Source of the DNA: Stegostoma tigrinum
Lineage: Eukaryota
Assembly: GCF_030684315.1 (NCBI RefSeq)
Contig: NC_081379.1
Location: 30,147,947-30,211,946 of the forward strand
Direction of reading: 5' to 3'
Length of the DNA: 64,000 nucleotides
Shown here: in pieces, positions 59,301 through 64,000 of the stretch
Position numbering within the stretch: position 1 is the stretch's first letter
Layout: every line of letters starts with the position of its first letter
Program-made: the position numbers and the translations under genes
Notes under the pieces: model-generated
What the model saw: only the letters and a program-made list of their open reading frames with translations
Told to the model about the DNA's origin: nothing
Databases searched by the model: none

Positions 59301-62300
59301 GTTGCATAGCCAACACAGTAAGGGGGGACAGACCAGACCCACCAAGTCACCGATGCTGAAGCCATTGCTCAAGATGTCGCCACTTCAGTCTGAAGCAGCC
59401 ACTTTGCTACCATAGCTACGAGGAAAGGACCACACCAACCGACAATGAAGCCTTTGGAAAAGCTGCAGCCACTGTGGCCACAAGGAATGGACATCTGGAT
59501 CAACCATGCTGCTGCCGCCACAGCAGGCCCTTGCAACCACCTTCCTCTGCAGCCACAGAAAAGGTGAACTTTAAAGAATGCAAGTGTCAGGTGAGGGGGA
59601 GCATACAAGCACAGAGCCCAAACCCTTCCTACCCTGCTCCTGCTGCTTCCACCTCCACTAACATTGAATAAAGAAGTATCACTATGTGTAACCTTGATGA
59701 CACAGCTGGAATACAATGTGCAATTTTACTATCCTTACTTAAGAGAAAAAAGGTCTTGCAACTCAATACATAGCATCACTGCCTCTGAGTAAGATGCTCC
59801 TGGTTGCAGTTCCACTTTAGAACTCATTGGACAAGTAAGTTGTGTTCATAAAGAAGCTGTATCAATTTGTGAATTCTTACAATGTGAGGGAGAGATTCCT
59901 GGTCAGCCATGTGATGGAAAGAATGTGGAACCTCCTCCATCACTATCCACAGCTCCAGGTTGCAGCGTGTGTGTAAATGCTAATCGCTAGATGATCATGC
60001 TTTCTCATCAGTAATGGGAGGAGGTGTCAGTTTGTTCTTTTGAGAAGTCTGTGGTTCTGCACTTTAAAGGGAGCAGGGTTTTAAATTCTGAGATTAGAAG
60101 CATATGATTGGTTCTAGAGATGGGTGTGAGATGATGTTTGGCTGTTTGAGGAGAGAATGTGTCTTTTAAATGTAAGTTTTGAATTATTTGAATAATGTGT
60201 TTATGTTTCTATATTTGTAGGTGGCCCACACTGATGAAATACTACAGTACTACAGGAAGTCATAACTGGTGGGAAGAATACCGAACACGGCATTCTATTG
60301 GTAGACAAGTGCAAGCAATGGTGGACACCTTTTCAAAGCGATTCTTTTCAAAAGAGGTTAGAATTGTAACAATAATTGAAAATGTTATTGCTTTTACACT
60401 GTAGGTTCTTGAACTTCTTGTTCATACCTTATGCCTGGTTCCCATTCTCAACTAATGAAAAAGAAAAGCTTTTCACTACCTTATCTGAATCCTGCACAGC
60501 TTTCTTGCTTCTTCTCTCAATCTCCTTAGAAATAAATTGGATTATTCTTGAACATAGTGTCATTCCCAGAGTCAAAATGCTATTGAGAAATCTACAGTTG
60601 ATGGTCGCTGCCATTCCTGAGCTGGCATGTTTGCTGATATTCTGTTGAACCTATGAAAAGTCATTGTTCTGAAATGTTAACTCTGTTTCTCTGCCCAACT
60701 TGCTGAGTGTTTATAGCATTTTCTGTTGGTATTTCAAGTGCCCAGCTTCTGCAATTTTGCTTTTAGTTTTTGGAAAGTTTTTTCTCAATACAGCTCTTTC
60801 TTCATAATTAATGTTGAAAATTTCTAAATCCCTGGAATAACTGTTTTACACAAAATATGTATAATCTCTGATGAATTCTTAAATATTCATTAATATCCTG
60901 ATAGGTATCAGTCAATTCCTTGTTGTTTTGATACCTCCCAGTAATTTTAATTTCATTGTGTTTGTTTCCTAATTACAACAGAAAGCTTTTCCACAAGGCC
61001 GAAACATTCCCATCATTTATTAAGTTGCTTTTATAAAACTCTTGTCTGCTGCATTATGATGACTCCTTTAAGTGTAATCAAATTTAGATTGCGAGACACT
61101 TACTAAATGTGTACAAAACTGAATCAGCATAATCATATATTTGCATTAGAGCATAATCTACTGCTTTGCTCCGCCTAGTGTTGAGACCACCTTGAAATAT
61201 AAATAGATTGCTTTTAGACAAAAGTGTCCTGGTTATTTACACTCAAAAGTATTTTTTGATATAAATGAGTGACAGTATTTATCTGGAAGAAACCCTTGGA
61301 ACTTAAACGTGCTTGTGTGCATTCTTCCTGCTTGTGCCGCCAGTAACTAGATCTTTTGTACTGTAGTCTTTTATTGTGCTCCATGCAATTATTGAACTGA
61401 ATTAATTGCCTAATGACTTTGCATTTACTTCGCATAAACATTGAACACTTCAAAAATATGTGATTGCCAGTAGATGGCGCACATGTGACATTGGTCATAA
61501 CACGGATATTTATCGACAGGTTCCTGTTGATGGCTTTAAAGACGTTGAAGCTCTAGGTGGTCCATTCTGTTTTATTGAAGATGAACTGTTGTCAATTCTA
61601 AATATGGATGGAAGGTGAGTGATTGATGTATCTATGAAAATCAGGAAAACATGAATGGAGCTACTTAATCAAACTAAGTTAATTAATTGCAGTTTTTTAA
61701 ATTGGAAAAATAGTGAGGCAGATATTGAATAATTGGAGAGATTCTTTTGCTTCAGGAAGCATCTGACATGGAAATATTATTCTCGCAAAATCCTGTGTTA
61801 TCTTCGTCAGAGGGACATCATGGAAAAGTTGAAGGAGTTTCTCTTAACTCTTCCAGAACACCAAGAATTAATAGAAGGTAAGGGAAGTAATTAAACACTT
61901 CTCTTTTTTTTCCCAGTGCGTATAATTAGTGAGATAGTGTCAGTAACGATGTGCCTTGTCAGGTAACAGTATTCTCAGCAGAAAGTATAACTTTATTATT
62001 TTTACTTCATTAACTATTAGCCAAACTGATAGAGATTATTAAAATGTGCAACCAGTTGAAAAAGATTGATAATTGTCATGTGAATGTGACTGTTATCACT
62101 TTTTTAAATACATTTTTAGTGATGATGATTCAAGTGGGAAATCTGTTTTAGATTCTCATCCGGTGCCACTCTTGCAATCCTTGGGATGGCTCAAGATTAA
62201 CCAAAGATTACTCCACTTCTTTGCTGTGTTATTCTTTCACTTGAATAAGTTTGGAGAAATTGCCATGTGGAAATCATGGGTGAGAATCTGTTTCCTTCCA

Positions 62301-63821
62301 ATGTGTTACACATGGAATTTAATGTGCCAGAACCCTGCCCTGTCATATTCAAAGAGTCAGTGTGGAGTTGATGGCCAAATGACCCGTTTCCACCTTGTCG
62401 GGATCTTATGATTCTGATTACCCCCTGAATTTGGACAGGATTCTGTACTTACTAAGAAACAGTTCAGTACAATGAAGAATATGTAATTAGGTTTGCAAAC
62501 ATAAAGTCTGATTTACTTTTCTTGCCAGGTGTTGTGCTGATAGATCAATACTGCAACCCCTTAGCAGACAACTCCCTGGAGAATATCCTATTACAGCTGA
62601 ATTACATTACAGATGAAGTGAAAAAAGCATTGCGTTTAACACACTCTTATCATCCAAGTATCACGGCAAGAAAAGGTAAATAGTTTTATCCATGCAGCTT
62701 GATTTTTCAATAGATCAGCATTATGTTTTTAGTTACGTATTACAGCAAGAAATCATATTTGTTTGGCTACTTTGGGTCCAAACATAGTCTTCAAGAAAAT
62801 AATGAAATTCAATGCCAGCAATACAAAAGCCTACTAATTTACAGTTGCAGGCCTATTTTCAAATCCTAATCTTGTTTGATATCGGAACTTGTGATTTCCC
62901 AGAGTGTTTCTGTTGAAATAACCAGGGCCAAACTTTACACATTAACAAAAACTGCACACTGCTAAGAATTGATGACACACTGTGGAGCTGGAGGAGCACA
63001 GCCGTCCAGGCAGCATCAGAGGAACAGGGAAGTTGACATTTCAAGTTGGAACCCTTCTTCAGAAATGGGGAAGAAGGGTTCCCACCTGAAATGCCGACTT
63101 TCCTGCTCCTCTGACACTGCCTGGCCTGCTGTTCTCCTCCAGCTCCACTCTGTGTTATCTCTGACTCCAGCAATTGCAGTTCTTATTATCTCTACTTGCT
63201 CTTGATGCTTCTTGTTGATGTGCCACAGAGAATCTTAATAGAGAACAAAGTTTAAGTCGAGTCATTCAAATGTTAATATTTTTGTCATTTTTCGGGTGGG
63301 GTATTATTTTGGATTTTGAAATGTAGGTTTTCTTCTTTGAAATTGCTAGCATGTTGATATCCTTGTCCTTTTAAGTAAATGTGTATTTGAAATATAATTT
63401 TAAAAATATAAAATGCGAATATTCTGCATAATTGTAACACAATGTATTTCTTTTGTAATGCATGTTTCAGATGACGTGTTTATTGATGGTCTAGAACTAC
63501 AACAACAGGTTCTGGATGCTATGAACCATGTATTATACAAGCAATTCAAATTTAAAGGAAATGAAGAAGATTATTACAACCCCATGAATTCCTATATACA
63601 TCAGGTATGTAAGTTTAAAGATAGTGCTCAGATAGTTATGATGTACAAATATAAAAGCTGCTTTTTTGTGTTGTTTGTATATAGGTGCTTAGCCAAAAGA
63701 AAGGAATTCCTATCACACTGTGTGTGATATATTCAACCATAGGCAAGAGTCTGGGTGTTCGACTGGAGCCGGTCAGCTTTCCAAATCACTTTCTCTTAAG
63801 ATGGTGCCAAAAGCCTGCAGG
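56154..63821 (+). CDS. FBXO21: F-box only protein 21, coding exons 1-7 (3' part outside window)
   Basis: join(56154-56341,60221-60356,61520-61614,61756-61877,62529-62675,63471-63604,63685-63821), open, GT-AG, phases consistent. F-box LPEEVLEQI; RWP.LMK, LTWKYY, IDQYCNPL, QVLDAMN.VLY, FP.HFLLRWCQ match vertebrate FBXO21. Confidence 0.96.
60221..60356 (+). CDS. FBXO21: FBXO21 exon 2
   Basis: WPTLMKYY...NWWEEYRTR...FSKRFFSKE. Confidence 0.94.
61520..61614 (+). CDS. FBXO21: FBXO21 exon 3
   Basis: VPVDGFKDVEALGGPFCFIEDELLSILNMDGR. Confidence 0.94.
61756..61877 (+). CDS. FBXO21: FBXO21 exon 4
   Basis: KHLTWKYYSRKILCYLRQ...ELIE. Confidence 0.94.
62529..62675 (+). CDS. FBXO21: FBXO21 exon 5
   Basis: VVLIDQYCNPLAD...HPSITARK. 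Confidence 0.94.
62970..63192. mobile_element. Palindromic Penelope-like mini-element in FBXO21 intron 5
   Basis: tggagctggaggagcacagc...gctgttctcctccagctcca inverted arms, two degenerate hammerhead motifs, 3' tail; TSD not clear. Confidence 0.78.
63471..63604 (+). CDS. FBXO21: FBXO21 exon 6
   Basis: DVFIDGLELQQQVLDAMNHVLYKQFKFKGNEEDYYNPMNSYIHQ. Confidence 0.95.
63685..63821 (+). CDS. FBXO21: FBXO21 exon 7
   Basis: VLSQKKGIPITLCVIY...LEPVSFPNHFLLRWCQKPAG; follows an 80-bp intron. Confidence 0.95.
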
Positions 63822-64000
63822 GTAATACTGTCTACATATCTCCTGAAGATGTAAATCAATTAAGTTTTTTAATGACCTAGAACTGTTCTCTTTCCATTTT
63901 TACATCTTGTGCATTGTCACGCAATGTCGGTCAAGCCTTTAACCATTTAAACCATTTCCCCTGAAACTCTGTGTCTTGTTTACTCCCTTTACAAACTTTG

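Noticed and set aside
63471-63821. Bacterial-like transglutaminase-like domain as horizontal transfer
   Set aside because: A normal, intron-split part of FBXO21 across vertebrates.

Overview
Eukaryotic, repeat-rich vertebrate DNA. The repeat families (HE1-type V-SINEs, CR1 LINEs, abundant Penelope-like elements) point to a cartilaginous fish, probably a shark (inference). Host genes: a complete 12-exon PLBD2 (+, CDS 6275-42417, 565 aa, GT-AG splice sites and phases checked by hand), the first 7 coding exons of FBXO21 (+, from 56154, running off the window), and a probable first coding exon of SLC8B1/NCLX (-, 394-606) divergent from PLBD2. A 2.8-kb G-rich array lies between the two divergent promoters. 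Main observations: (1) a dispersed family of 140-240 bp palindromic Penelope-end mini-elements with 10-16 bp target-site duplications and minimal hammerhead ribozyme motifs; (2) an ITS1/5.8S pre-rRNA fragment captured, then tandemly duplicated, inside ORF2 of a young CR1 LINE; (3) a tRNA-headed SINE whose body and tail both match a LINE-derived element in the same window; (4) an M-box/CLEAR-like site at the PLBD2 start and an orphan CpG-retaining island at about 49 kb. All assignments come from reading the sequence and from remembered protein families; no database search was run.
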